Sequence record: OR258281.1 | DNA length: 64,000 nucleotides | Direction: 5' to 3' (one strand) | In this document: in pieces, positions 9,066 through 21,350 of the stretch | Layout of the letters: each line of letters opens with the position of its first letter | Numbering within the stretch: the stretch's first letter is position 1 | Translations under genes and position numbers: made by a program | Notes under the pieces: model-generated | Seen by the model: the letters and a program-made list of their open reading frames with translations, nothing else | Told to the model about the DNA's origin: nothing | The model's database searches: none

Positions 9066-11396
9066 ATGACAAACGTTACAAAACGTAATGGTGCAATGGA
9101 AGCACTTAATTTAGAGAAAATTCATCAAATTCTATTCTTCGCATGTGATGGCCTAACTGGTGTTTCAGTATCAGAAATAGAATTGCGTTCACAGATTCAG
9201 TTCTACGAAGGTATCACTACCGACACTATTCACGATATTCTTATTAAAGCAGCATCTGAACTAATTACTGAAGAAACTCCAAACTATCAGTACGTAGCAG
9301 GTCGTCTGATTAACTATTCTCTCCGTAAGAAGGTATACGGCAAATATGAACCAGTTTCTTTCCTACAACACGTACAGGAATTAGTTGATAAAGGAATCTA
9401 CGACGAAGAAATCCTACAGGGTTATACTCTGATGGAAATCGAAGAATTAGGAAAATACATCAAGCATAAGCGTGATGAGAAGTTTACTTTCGTTGCAATG
9501 GAACAATGGCGTGGTAAGTACTTACTGCAAAACCGTGCAAAGAAAGCAACTGAATCTAAAATCTTCGAAACACCACAAATGGCTTATATGATGATCGCTG
9601 CTACTCTCTTTATGAAGTACAAAGAGAATCGCATTTCGTATGTTAAGCGTTTTTATGATGCAGTAAGTAATTTTGATATTAGTCTTCCAACTCCTATTAT
9701 GAGTGGCGTCCGTACCAAAACCCGTCAGTTTAGTTCTTGTGTAGTACTTAACATGGGTGACAGTCTGGATAGTATTGCAAGTGGTAACCATGCTATTATT
9801 CGTTATATTTCTCGCCGTGCAGGTCTAGGAGTTAACTTTGGTAAAATCCGTGCGGTAGGTTCAGCTATTCGTGGTGGTGAAGCAGTTCATACTGGTTTGA
9901 TTCCGTTCCTTAAAAGTACTGAAGCATCTGTAAAAAGTTGTTCACAGGGTGGAGTACGTGGTGGTGCAGCAACAATTCACTTCCCATTGTGGCATTATGA
10001 ATTTGAAAACCTTGTAGTACTAAAGAATAACAAAGGTACTGAAGAATCTCGTGTACGTAAATTAGATTATTGTTTCCAGTTCAACCGTTATATGTATCAG
10101 CGTCTTATTGATGGGAAAGATATTTCATTCTTCTCCCCAAGTGATGTTCCCGGTTTATATGATGCGTTTACTAAGAACCAAGATGAATTTGGTATTCTTT
10201 ACGAGAAATACGAAGCAGATACAAGTATTCGTCGTAACACAATGAGTGCACAAGATGCATTCGCAATGTTTATGCAGGAACGTGCTGATACTGGTCGTAT
10301 CTATCTACAGAATATTGATCATACCAATACACACTCACCGTTTATTGAAGAAGTAGCACCAATTGAACAAAGTAATCTTTGTCAGGAAATAGCATTACCA
10401 AGTATTGAGCTAAATCATATTGATGACGAAGAAGGTCTAATTAGTCTTTGTACTTTAGCTGCAACCAATTGGGGTAACTTTGATAAACCAGAAGATATGG
10501 AAGAAGCATGTGATCTTTCAATCCGTGCACTAGATGCACTACTTGATTATCAGGACTATCCAATTATTGCTGCACAACGCAGCACAAACGGTTATCGTCC
10601 ACTTGGTGTTGGTATTGTTAACCTAGCTTACTTCCTTGCGAAACGTGGCTTAAAATACGATACAGACGCTCTAAGCACCATTAACGAATGGGCTGAAGCG
10701 TGGTCTTATTATCTAATCAAAGCATCTGTTAATCTTGCAAAAGAATTTGGCAAATGTGAAATGTTTGAGAACCTTAAGTACTCAAAAGGCATTCTTCCTA
10801 TTGATACTTACAAACGTGATGTTGATGATTTAGTTGGTTCTGAACTGAAAATGGATTGGGATTCTCTACGTGCTGATATTCAAAAATACGGTATTCGTAA
10901 TGCAACCTCAATGGCATTAATGCCTGCTGAAACATCAGCACAGATCAGTAACAGTACTAATGGCATTGAACCACCTCGTGCACTTGTTTCAATTAAAACC
11001 TCGAAAGATGGTGTATTGTCTCAGGTTGTTCCAGAGATTGGCAAACTAAAGAATAAGTACACACTTCTTTGGGATCAGAAAAGTAACGAAGGTTATTTGA
11101 AAATCTGTGCAGTACTACAGAAATACATTGATCAGAGTATCAGTGCTAATACTAGTTATAATCCAGAGAATTATCCAAATAATAAAGTACCAATGAAAGT
11201 ACTACTTGGTGATTTACTACTGGCGTATAAGTATGGTGTTAAGAATTTGTATTATCACAATACCCTAGATCTTTCTGGTGAAGTTGACCTAGAAAAACTA
11301 GAAGGTAATTCAACTGATAAAAAAGAACAGAAAAAAGCACTACTATTACCTGATCTACCAATGGATGATGCAGATTGCGATTCTTGTAAACTGTAA
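9066..11396 (+). CDS. nrdA: ribonucleoside-diphosphate reductase class Ia, alpha subunit
   Basis: ATP cone (VTKRNG), QFSSCV, QSNLCQEI, MPAETSAQISN, C-terminal CDSCKL; uninterrupted. Confidence 0.98.
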   Translation: MTNVTKRNGAMEALNLEKIHQILFFACDGLTGVSVSEIELRSQIQFYEGITTDTIHDILIKAASELITEETPNYQYVAGRLINYSLRKKVYGKYEPVSFLQHVQELVDKGIYDEEILQGYTLMEIEELGKYIKHKRDEKFTFVAMEQWRGKYLLQNRAKKATESKIFETPQMAYMMIAATLFMKYKENRISYVKRFYDAVSNFDISLPTPIMSGVRTKTRQFSSCVVLNMGDSLDSIASGNHAIIRYISRRAGLGVNFGKIRAVGSAIRGGEAVHTGLIPFLKSTEASVKSCSQGGVRGGAATIHFPLWHYEFENLVVLKNNKGTEESRVRKLDYCFQFNRYMYQRLIDGKDISFFSPSDVPGLYDAFTKNQDEFGILYEKYEADTSIRRNTMSAQDAFAMFMQERADTGRIYLQNIDHTNTHSPFIEEVAPIEQSNLCQEIALPSIELNHIDDEEGLISLCTLAATNWGNFDKPEDMEEACDLSIRALDALLDYQDYPIIAAQRSTNGYRPLGVGIVNLAYFLAKRGLKYDTDALSTINEWAEAWSYYLIKASVNLAKEFGKCEMFENLKYSKGILPIDTYKRDVDDLVGSELKMDWDSLRADIQKYGIRNATSMALMPAETSAQISNSTNGIEPPRALVSIKTSKDGVLSQVVPEIGKLKNKYTLLWDQKSNEGYLKICAVLQKYIDQSISANTSYNPENYPNNKVPMKVLLGDLLLAYKYGVKNLYYHNTLDLSGEVDLEKLEGNSTDKKEQKKALLLPDLPMDDADCDSCKL

Positions 11397-11403
11397 AAAA
11401 ATA

Positions 11404-11428
11404 AGGGACTCAAAGAGTCCCTATTTTT
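11404..11428 (+). terminator. rho-independent terminator
   Basis: agggactc-aaa-gagtccct + T-rich tail. Confidence 0.8.
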
Positions 11429-11441
11429 ATCGGAGAAATAA

Positions 11442-12215
11442 ATGAAAGTTGATTATACCCAACCAATGGATATTGATTTCATTGAAGAGTTTTGGGATGA
11501 CCTTGATATGGACCAGGTAATTAAGAACCAGAAATTACCACAGGACTTTATTGAGAAGCATTTCAATAAACTAGATTCTAATGCATTGTTACGTTATCAA
11601 ACAATGACAATTGATTTTATTAAACAGAAATGGGATCAATTCAATAAGAATATTGTTGCTCAGTATGTAGTACTTCCACTAGAATATATCAAAGAAAAAT
11701 GGATGGACTTAAAAGATACCGCAGCAGAGAGTATTGCAAAGTACCAAAAGTTAACTACCGATTTCCTTAAAGAAAAGTGGGATGACCTAACTAAGTTTTC
11801 TGAAAATGTAGTAGACCATATCGCACGTTATCAGAAGATGACTACTGATTTTATTAAAGAGAAGTGGGAATATCTGGATAAAAACTATATCTCTAAATAT
11901 CAGACTCTAACAGTTGACTTCATCAAAGATAACATTGCATCACTCAGTGTAGCAGCACTATCTGCATTCCAGATCATCTCAGATGATATTAGATCACTAT
12001 TAGGTTTAACACCACCAGCAGCAACTATTACTGGTGCACAGATTTTAGCATTTGATCCATGTACTGATGGTATGGCACGTTTTAATGCACATACACCTAA
12101 CAACGCTACAGTACTAACATGGAACGAACTTTTAACTAAGCATTTGGGTACACAAGATGGTATTCGTGATATTCATTGGCTTACTTATAAACTAGGAAAG
12201 AAAATTAACTCGTAA
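11442..12215 (+). CDS. tandem-repeat protein (about 8 x 22-23 aa, YQxL/MTxDFIKEKW)
   Basis: Repeats visible in translation; lies between nrdA and nrdB. Confidence 0.8.
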   Translation: MKVDYTQPMDIDFIEEFWDDLDMDQVIKNQKLPQDFIEKHFNKLDSNALLRYQTMTIDFIKQKWDQFNKNIVAQYVVLPLEYIKEKWMDLKDTAAESIAKYQKLTTDFLKEKWDDLTKFSENVVDHIARYQKMTTDFIKEKWEYLDKNYISKYQTLTVDFIKDNIASLSVAALSAFQIISDDIRSLLGLTPPAATITGAQILAFDPCTDGMARFNAHTPNNATVLTWNELLTKHLGTQDGIRDIHWLTYKLGKKINS

Positions 12216-12225
12216 GGAAAAGAAA

Positions 12226-13347
12226 ATGTCCGTATTTAAAAAGAATGAAAAATCACATCTAGAAAAAAATATGTTTCTTGATGAAAGTGTTGATATTCAA
12301 CGCTATGATGCTGTAAAGTACTCTGCATTCGAAAAGATGACAGACAGTCATCAAGGATTCTTCTGGCGTCCAGTAGAAGTAGATGTATCAAAGGACCGTA
12401 TTGATTTCCAGGCACTGTTGCCGCACGAGAAGAAGATCTTTACCTCTAACCTAAAACGTCAGATTCTTCTTGATTCTGTGCAAGGTCGCGGCCCGAACCT
12501 AACACTACTACCAATTGCATCTATTCCTGAACTGGAAGCATTTATTGAAACTTGGGCGTTCTTTGAAAGTATTCATAGTCGTTCATATACTCATATCATT
12601 CGTAACGTGTACCCGAATCCATCAGAAGTATTTGATACTATGCTGGATATTCCACAGATTACTGCATGTGCTGATGACATTTCTAAGTACTATGATGATT
12701 TAGATACTTATATCAAGTACTATCAGCTATTCGGTTTCGGTACTCATGTACTAAATGGTAAAACTGTAGTAATTGATGAGTATGAACTCAAAAAGAAACT
12801 ATGGTTGTGTATTAATAGTATTAACATTCTAGAAGGTATTCGTTTCTATGTATCTTTTGCTTGTTCATGGGCGTTCGCTGAGAACAAGAAAATGGAAGGT
12901 AATGCTAAGATCATTCGTTTGATTTGTCGTGATGAGAACATTCACCTTGCAGCTACGCAAATGATGTTACGCATGATGAAAAAAGAAGATCCAATGTTTG
13001 CAAGTATTGCAGAAGAATGTCATGATGAAGTCCAGGCAATGTTCATTCAGGCAATCGAACAGGAAGAGGATTGGGCTGATTACCTGTTCGACGATGGTTC
13101 AATGATTGGCTTGAATGCTGAAATTCTAAAACAGTACATCCGCTGGATTGGTCATCGTCGTATGACTGCGGTAGGTATCAAATGTCCTTATACTGTAGGT
13201 AAAGCAAATCCTCTACCATGGACTGAACGCTGGATTACCAGTGCAGGCGTACAAGTGGCACCACAAGAGACAGAAATCAGTTCTTATGTAATTGGTGGTA
13301 TTGAACACGATACAGATCAAGAAACATTTAAAGGTTTCAAACTATAA
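12226..13347 (+). CDS. nrdB: ribonucleoside-diphosphate reductase class Ia, beta subunit
   Basis: FFWRPVEVD, ESIHSRSY, LEGIRFYVSF, RDENIH, VAPQETEISSY; uninterrupted. Confidence 0.98.
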   Translation: MSVFKKNEKSHLEKNMFLDESVDIQRYDAVKYSAFEKMTDSHQGFFWRPVEVDVSKDRIDFQALLPHEKKIFTSNLKRQILLDSVQGRGPNLTLLPIASIPELEAFIETWAFFESIHSRSYTHIIRNVYPNPSEVFDTMLDIPQITACADDISKYYDDLDTYIKYYQLFGFGTHVLNGKTVVIDEYELKKKLWLCINSINILEGIRFYVSFACSWAFAENKKMEGNAKIIRLICRDENIHLAATQMMLRMMKKEDPMFASIAEECHDEVQAMFIQAIEQEEDWADYLFDDGSMIGLNAEILKQYIRWIGHRRMTAVGIKCPYTVGKANPLPWTERWITSAGVQVAPQETEISSYVIGGIEHDTDQETFKGFKL

Positions 13348-13354
13348 GAAATAC

Positions 13355-13383
13355 AGGGAAGTACTTTAAGTACTTCCCTTTTT
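13355..13383 (+). terminator. rho-independent terminator
   Basis: agggaagtact-tta-agtacttccct + T run. Confidence 0.85.
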
Positions 13384-13397
13384 AATTGGTACTATAC

Positions 13398-13955
13398 ATG
13401 ACTAAACAACTAAGTCCTATTGAATCACAACAAATCGGTAATGTTGAAGAAATGTACGACAATATATTATATAAACTAATGAACATAACAACAAGTGATG
13501 ATTTACTTGAAGAACTTTATGAAAATGCAAATCAATTTGATCCATGGAGAATTCATGTCCTTAGATGCAAAAAAAATGCAGAACATAATTATGATACTTT
13601 TAATACATTTAGATATTGTACCTTATATTTCGAACCAAGAGACAATATTTCAATGATTCTAAACATTGGACCCTTTAATGTAAGATTCAATGAAACAGTT
13701 ATTACTTCTATAAATCATAAACCAATTAACTTAGATATTAATATTGTTAATGAAGATGACCTTTTCTCATTGAGTACTATGTATGAACATGTAGATTTCA
13801 TATGGAGATTTAAGAAATACTTTCTTACTCTTGACTCTATTAGATTGAAACTTAACGTATTAATAAGAAAAAGAGCATTAGATGCGGCATCTCAAATAGA
13901 GAAAGATACTAGTCAATTTTTTGGTAAAGATGTTGATTTGAGAAATATAGTATGA
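13398..13955 (+). CDS. hypothetical protein, paralog of next ORF
   Basis: Shares VNEDDLFSLST, RFNxTVIT, FLTLDSxRLK with 13952-14494. Confidence 0.75.
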   Translation: MTKQLSPIESQQIGNVEEMYDNILYKLMNITTSDDLLEELYENANQFDPWRIHVLRCKKNAEHNYDTFNTFRYCTLYFEPRDNISMILNIGPFNVRFNETVITSINHKPINLDINIVNEDDLFSLSTMYEHVDFIWRFKKYFLTLDSIRLKLNVLIRKRALDAASQIEKDTSQFFGKDVDLRNIV

Positions 13956-14494
13956 AATATAGTGATGAAGAACTTGCAGCATCAATTTTAAGAACTAAAA
14001 AACAGGCAAAAGAACGTGATTTACGTTTACGTACAGTTGTTACCTGTGATGATTTACTTAAAGAAATACTAGATAGTCGAAACGAGTACAACCCTAGTAG
14101 ACTACATGTACTTAATACTTATGGAAAAGAGAAAAGTAATTTTAAAACTTCTAGATGTGCTTCTTTATATTTCAATAAGATTGATAATCTAACAATGATT
14201 GTTAATTTAAATAATTATATTTTTAGATTTAACGGTACTGTTATAACTTATCTTAATTATAATAAATTCGATCTTGATTTAGTTGATGTAAATGAAGACG
14301 ATCTTTTTTCTTTGAGTACTATATATGAAAATATTGATGTTATATATCGATTCAAGCAATTCTTTTTAACTTTAGATAGTATGCGTCTGAAACGAAAAAA
14401 AGAAATTGATGAAAAATGGCTTGTAGATAAACGACCATATAGGTTAAGAAATGACCTTTATGGTAATGATTATGATTTAAGGAGTTTACTATGA
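13952..14494 (+). CDS. hypothetical protein, paralog of previous ORF
   Basis: Shared motifs with 13398-13955. Confidence 0.75.
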   Translation: MKYSDEELAASILRTKKQAKERDLRLRTVVTCDDLLKEILDSRNEYNPSRLHVLNTYGKEKSNFKTSRCASLYFNKIDNLTMIVNLNNYIFRFNGTVITYLNYNKFDLDLVDVNEDDLFSLSTIYENIDVIYRFKQFFLTLDSMRLKRKKEIDEKWLVDKRPYRLRNDLYGNDYDLRSLL

Positions 14495-14862
14495 AATATA
14501 CAGTTAAAATTTATCATACCGATGGTGATTCGGAAAAATCATATGAAACAGATGATGAGTTGCCTTATGAATGGAAAACAAAAGAAGGTGCTAGACATGC
14601 ACTTAAGTGCATCAGAGAATATCATGAGTTTCAAAAAGAATTAGGTAGTTATGGTAATACTTATAAAGGTATTGTAGAAAGGTATAAAAACCATTCATGG
14701 TTCTGTACTACATATCCAGAATTATATATAATGATACCCATAGATGATGGCACTTTGCATCGTTTTTCTGCTTTCTGGGCGGGGTGGCCCTGTAATCTAA
14801 TCAAAGCAGAAGTAATTGAAAAAATTGATTATAATGATAACCCTGACATTTTCATTGCATAA
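14491..14862 (+). CDS. hypothetical protein
   Basis: 123 aa, coupled start. Confidence 0.7.
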   Translation: MKYTVKIYHTDGDSEKSYETDDELPYEWKTKEGARHALKCIREYHEFQKELGSYGNTYKGIVERYKNHSWFCTTYPELYIMIPIDDGTLHRFSAFWAGWPCNLIKAEVIEKIDYNDNPDIFIA

Positions 14863-14869
14863 AAAATCC

Positions 14870-14898
14870 TGAAACGATTTATGGATGTGTCCTATACT
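14870..14898 (+). promoter_or_regulatory. phage promoter TGAAAC-N17-TATACT
   Basis: exact motif and spacing. Confidence 0.75.
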
Positions 14899-14934
14899 AT
14901 CGATGTTAATAACAAAACAGCTAAGGAATTTAAA

Positions 14935-15168
14935 ATGACCGAACAAGCTCAGGCAGTACAAGAATTTACCGATGAAGCACTAAAGATTGCAGAAGATGAA
15001 TTCAATATGACACCGGAAGAACTGGCGTATAATAAAGTACTGATTCAGCGTCTGGCGAAAGAACTTGAGAAGCGTGAAGTTGAACTGAAACAGAAACGCC
15101 GTATTAAGGCTGCCCGCCGTGCTGCAAACAAAACTGCACGTAAGCAGCGTCGAGTAAACCGTAAGTAA
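14935..15168 (+). CDS. hypothetical protein with basic C-terminal tail
   Basis: SD aagga before ATG 14935; KQKRRIKAARRAANKTARKQRR tail. Confidence 0.75.
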   Translation: MTEQAQAVQEFTDEALKIAEDEFNMTPEELAYNKVLIQRLAKELEKREVELKQKRRIKAARRAANKTARKQRRVNRK

Positions 15169-15181
15169 TTAAAGGTAAATC

Positions 15182-15574
15182 ATGAAATATAATATCACTA
15201 AAGTTAAAGACAAGTTTCCAAAACGTGCGACACGTTCTGAACGCACTAAAAAGAAAATGCATCTTGATAATTATGCAGAAACTATTATTGATGTATATAT
15301 TCCATTGATGGTTGATACTACTGAAATTTATGATGATTTGTTTGATCGTCTATTAGATGCTCTATATGATAATAATAAAGGGTTTGAGACTTTAGGAATG
15401 TATGGTGGAAACTTTACATTGATTGCTTCATATAGTACTTCAGAGTTCACAGAACAAGTAGCTATCGACTATGTAAATGATGTAATGCGTATTATTACTG
15501 AAGTTGAGCCTTCATTCGCGGAAGTTAATGAAGTAACTATCAATCATGGTGATGCATGGTATGGTGAGTGGTAA
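15182..15574 (+). CDS. hypothetical protein
   Basis: 130 aa ORF. Confidence 0.7.
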   Translation: MKYNITKVKDKFPKRATRSERTKKKMHLDNYAETIIDVYIPLMVDTTEIYDDLFDRLLDALYDNNKGFETLGMYGGNFTLIASYSTSEFTEQVAIDYVNDVMRIITEVEPSFAEVNEVTINHGDAWYGEW

Positions 15575-15580
15575 TTAATA

Positions 15581-15712
15581 ATGAAACCTGAACAATGGGT
15601 AATTGATGATATTGGTGCTATGCGTAAAAAGAAAGATAATCGCACACCAACTGAAGAATCATATTTAGAACTATTGTTATGGTACGTAAAAGTACTACAA
15701 GGGAAAGAATAA
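15581..15712 (+). CDS. small hypothetical protein (43 aa, missed by ORF track)
   Basis: MKPEQWVIDDIGAMRKKKD...; fills the gap in the operon. Confidence 0.55.
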   Translation: MKPEQWVIDDIGAMRKKKDNRTPTEESYLELLLWYVKVLQGKE

Positions 15713-15725
15713 ACTAAGGGATAAA

Positions 15726-16442
15726 ATGAATACAAGTATTAAACAGTTTAAAGCAGTAGCAGAGTTCATGAAAGTATGTGGTCAGGAAGTTAATGATAGC
15801 ATTAAGTACCCAAGTACTAAAGTTGGTAAATTTCGTTTACGTCTTATTCATGAAGAAATTCATGGTAAAAATGAACTTGTTGATTCAGTAAACAACGATA
15901 AAGCCGTTGGTATTTTGGATGGCCTGTGTGATATTCTGTATGTCGTATATGGTGCTTATGCAACATTCGGAATCGAAGTTCCTTTCTATAATTTAGAACA
16001 CACCAAAACCAATGGTAACAACATCCTTCCAATGAATGATGCGTTACTAATGGTACGTCATATCAATGATGCATATGAACAATTAGAACGTGGTCTTATT
16101 AGTGGTGATCAGAGAACCGTAATCTATGCACTTTCACATTTGATTATGAATTGCAGCCTAATGGCTAAAGCATCTGATTTTGATTTGGTTGGTGCTTTCG
16201 AAGAAGTACATAATTCAAATATGAGTAAGTTCTGTTCTTCAGAAGAAGAAGCACTTGAAACCATCAAAATTCGTTCACAATCTGATGACGCTGACGAACG
16301 TGCGAAATATGTACCGGATGAAGTGTATGTTGAAAAGAATGTCGTGAATGGTGTTGAGTACTATGCTATCAAGCGTAAAGCTGATGGTAAAGGACTTAAA
16401 GGTATTAAGTTCTTTGAACCGGATTTGAGTAAGTACTTGTAA
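15726..16442 (+). CDS. MazG-like NTP pyrophosphohydrolase (PRA-PH-like)
   Basis: LIHEE, ILDGLCDILYVVYG, AFEEVHNSNMSK motifs. Confidence 0.8.
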   Translation: MNTSIKQFKAVAEFMKVCGQEVNDSIKYPSTKVGKFRLRLIHEEIHGKNELVDSVNNDKAVGILDGLCDILYVVYGAYATFGIEVPFYNLEHTKTNGNNILPMNDALLMVRHINDAYEQLERGLISGDQRTVIYALSHLIMNCSLMAKASDFDLVGAFEEVHNSNMSKFCSSEEEALETIKIRSQSDDADERAKYVPDEVYVEKNVVNGVEYYAIKRKADGKGLKGIKFFEPDLSKYL

Positions 16443-16447
16443 GAAAT

Positions 16448-16480
16448 AAAGGGTGTTCTGGTGAACACCCTTTTATTTTT
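16448..16480. terminator. bidirectional terminator between convergent genes
   Basis: aaagggtgttc-tggt-gaacacccttt flanked by A and T runs. Confidence 0.8.
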
Positions 16481-17120
16481 GATTAACTAAATTAGCTATT
16501 TTATTCAGATAAGGTGACATACTCTTTATGAGCAGTACTTGTTCATCTTCTGATAGTTCTCTATCTAGAAGGAAAGTCATATAACCTTTCACTGAATAGT
16601 CGGAATCATCATAAATTGGAAAAGACATGATCGCCTTAAAGTTTTCTTTAACGTACAAAAATTGTTGACACTCAGTTTCCTTCATTGAACAATTTTTCTT
16701 AATACTATCTACTGTTTCGTAATGTGTATTATTAAGTAAAAGTGTTTGTAACTTCTCAGGGTTCGAATTCATTGGAAGCCAATAGGCTCGAAATCTCGTG
16801 ATGAAATCGCTTCCATCACGAGACTTACTTGTAATACCTATTCTTCCGTTGTAAATTGACGTCTGAGTGTTAGCTACAAATTTATATAATAATATTGTAC
16901 TAACAGCAGGAGTTGAATCGATTATTTTGTCCAATTGCGTATTGATTTCAGATACATTTCTCTTCGGAACTGTGTATGGTTCATCTACCGCATAAGGGGC
17001 AAGCATGTTATTAGTTGCTAGTTTAATATTCACCGAGTTCAAATACATGAATACGGTGAATACAGAGCACATAATAAACACTACAATACGATTCAATACT
17101 TTACCTGTATACCAGATCAT
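16473..17120 (-). CDS. T4 gp t-like holin paralog (TM + periplasmic GAF-like domain)
   Basis: N-terminal TM helix; LLYKFV...IMSFPIYD...VKGYMTFLL parallels T4 holin motifs as recalled. Confidence 0.55.
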   Translation of the reverse strand: MIWYTGKVLNRIVVFIMCSVFTVFMYLNSVNIKLATNNMLAPYAVDEPYTVPKRNVSEINTQLDKIIDSTPAVSTILLYKFVANTQTSIYNGRIGITSKSRDGSDFITRFRAYWLPMNSNPEKLQTLLLNNTHYETVDSIKKNCSMKETECQQFLYVKENFKAIMSFPIYDDSDYSVKGYMTFLLDRELSEDEQVLLIKSMSPYLNKIANLVNQK

Positions 17121-17131
17121 ACTGTTACTCC

Positions 17132-17836
17132 TTAGAAAGAAACATAATATCCAGTATCTCCGGTTACTTTCTTAGCAAGTTCTACAAATTGCTGTTCTTC
17201 AATTGCATCTGCCGGTACTCGGTCGAATATAACGGAAACATAACCTATTACTCGGTTAGAGTAAATTGGTACTGAAACCATATAACGAGCACCGTCAATA
17301 TACATTGAATTGAAATTTCCAGGAGTTAGATATTCATCTCTTACATCACTGTCTGGCTTCAAGTACTCAGTGACAATTTGTTTAATATCTCCGGTAAAGA
17401 TCTTACCTTTCAATATTAACCTCATTTGTGCACTTAAGGCACTTATTGGAAGCCATTTAATATTATACTTATCGGGATTCAATAGAGAAGCAGGTGAAGT
17501 ACTGGCAGTTACAAGAATCCTACCTTGAAAAAATGTATCGTGGTCTGGTACAAACTTATATACCGCCACCATGCAAATCATCTTGTTAGCATTAATATAT
17601 ACCTGTGCTGTCTTCTGTATGTTTTCTATATTCTCCTTAGATATATTTAAATCTTTTGGGATATAATATTCAGTTCGTGTAGCATTTTCAACTTTTAACT
17701 GAACAAATGTAGTAATACTGTCTTTGGTGATGAACATTACATAACCAAAACCGAATATTGCCGCCATAAGTATCATTTTAAAGTTCGTAATTTGAGAGAA
17801 TACTTCAAGGACTTTAGCAAAAAGATTTTCAAACAT
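17132..17836 (-). CDS. T4 gp t-like holin (TM + periplasmic GAF-like domain)
   Basis: TM helix; AVYKFVP and YMVSVPIYSNRVIGYVSVIF resemble T4 T AVYSFRP and YMYSCPYF..AGTITMYW as recalled. Confidence 0.6.
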   Translation of the reverse strand: MFENLFAKVLEVFSQITNFKMILMAAIFGFGYVMFITKDSITTFVQLKVENATRTEYYIPKDLNISKENIENIQKTAQVYINANKMICMVAVYKFVPDHDTFFQGRILVTASTSPASLLNPDKYNIKWLPISALSAQMRLILKGKIFTGDIKQIVTEYLKPDSDVRDEYLTPGNFNSMYIDGARYMVSVPIYSNRVIGYVSVIFDRVPADAIEEQQFVELAKKVTGDTGYYVSF

Positions 17837-17932
17837 GACCTTATTATCCTCTTAGTTTGTTTTATAATTATAACAATATTTACCCTAAAATCCCTTATTT
17901 ACCGAGTATTGTAAAGTACTATATATTTTTCA

Positions 17933-17961
17933 TGAAACGATATGTTAATGTGGTCTATACT
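17933..17961 (+). promoter_or_regulatory. phage promoter TGAAAC-N17-TATACT
   Basis: exact motif and spacing upstream of DHFR. Confidence 0.75.
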
Positions 17962-17974
17962 AAGGACGTAGCGA

Positions 17975-20217
<2,243 letters not shown>

Positions 20218-20224
20218 GAAGCTA

Positions 20225-20533
20225 ATGGACAATATTGAAATTTCTTACGCAACAATAGCAACTAAGACTGTATCATTAGAAAAATTTTTAAGAGATCGTG
20301 CTATTTTATATACATATGATGATACAAGAGACTATCATGTTCAATACTACAAAGTACCAAAAGGGTCTAGATTTGTATTAATAACATATGATCTAGTCCT
20401 AGATATGAATAATGAAACTATTGAGGTTGCCTCATTAGTAATTGATACTGATGAATTACTTTATGGGGAAACGTTAATTCAGTACATCCTTGACAATAAG
20501 GAAAGACTAATTGACTTACGGGAACCAGAATAA
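20225..20533 (+). CDS. hypothetical protein
   Basis: 102 aa ORF. Confidence 0.65.
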   Translation: MDNIEISYATIATKTVSLEKFLRDRAILYTYDDTRDYHVQYYKVPKGSRFVLITYDLVLDMNNETIEVASLVIDTDELLYGETLIQYILDNKERLIDLREPE

Positions 20534-20566
20534 ATAGGTAAGTTCTATTACCTTATGGAGAAGAAA

Positions 20567-21100
20567 ATGAATAACCAATTTAACGCATTTAGTATCAAAG
20601 TACCAGGACAGGTACTAGATAACCAAAAATATTTTCAGTACAGTGATTTCGATTCTGAAAGTACCCCAACTGATGAACAGTCTTTAGCTAAAGCAGTAGC
20701 ATTCACCCGTATGCGTCATATTCAACGCAAACTAAGTGAACTTTCTGTTCCTGTATACAGTACTGTTACCTTTGGTACTGCTGGTACTTCTAAAGTTGTA
20801 CCTACTGATGCAGAGATCGTTGTTGCATACGTAAGTATTGATGCATTCTTAAGTACTTTAAGTGTTGCACCTGCTGAAGCAGACCGTTTTACTGCTGCTG
20901 CTGATGTTCTTAAAGGTATCATTGTAGATGCACTTAATGCTGAAATTAAAGAACTTGCTGAAGTACAGAAAACTTCTACACGTGAAGAATACGCTGGTTC
21001 TCCTTCACAGGAAACTTTTGTAGACGTCCGTAATGTGTATGTTGACGTTCCGGCAGTAACTCCTGCGGTCACTGTTAAATCAGTAACCATCAAGGGCTAA
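20567..21100 (+). CDS. hypothetical protein, possibly virion
   Basis: ATAAATA at 20530; SD ggag; A/V/T-rich. Confidence 0.7.
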   Translation: MNNQFNAFSIKVPGQVLDNQKYFQYSDFDSESTPTDEQSLAKAVAFTRMRHIQRKLSELSVPVYSTVTFGTAGTSKVVPTDAEIVVAYVSIDAFLSTLSVAPAEADRFTAAADVLKGIIVDALNAEIKELAEVQKTSTREEYAGSPSQETFVDVRNVYVDVPAVTPAVTVKSVTIKG

Positions 21101-21122
21101 GTTTATAAAATATTGAAGGAAA

Positions 21123-21320
21123 ATGATTGACATGGACGACAAGAAATATTACGATGAGTTCCTAAATGATACCGCTGCTGTAGACCGAGTAACCGTACAT
21201 CTAGAGAGCATGATCAAAAACGCACCAAATGCACGAATCCGTACACAGGCAGAACGTGCACTGGCTGACCTGAATTTAGTACTTGCCATTTGTCAAGAAC
21301 TTAAAAAGCATTACGGTTAA
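21123..21320 (+). CDS. hypothetical protein
   Basis: 65 aa with SD aagga. Confidence 0.7.
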   Translation: MIDMDDKKYYDEFLNDTAAVDRVTVHLESMIKNAPNARIRTQAERALADLNLVLAICQELKKHYG

Positions 21321-21350
21321 TTTAATAATATCTGGAGTTTAATAAACTAT

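Noticed and set aside
9066-13347. Introns or inteins in nrdA/nrdB
   Set aside because: Both are normal length and uninterrupted.
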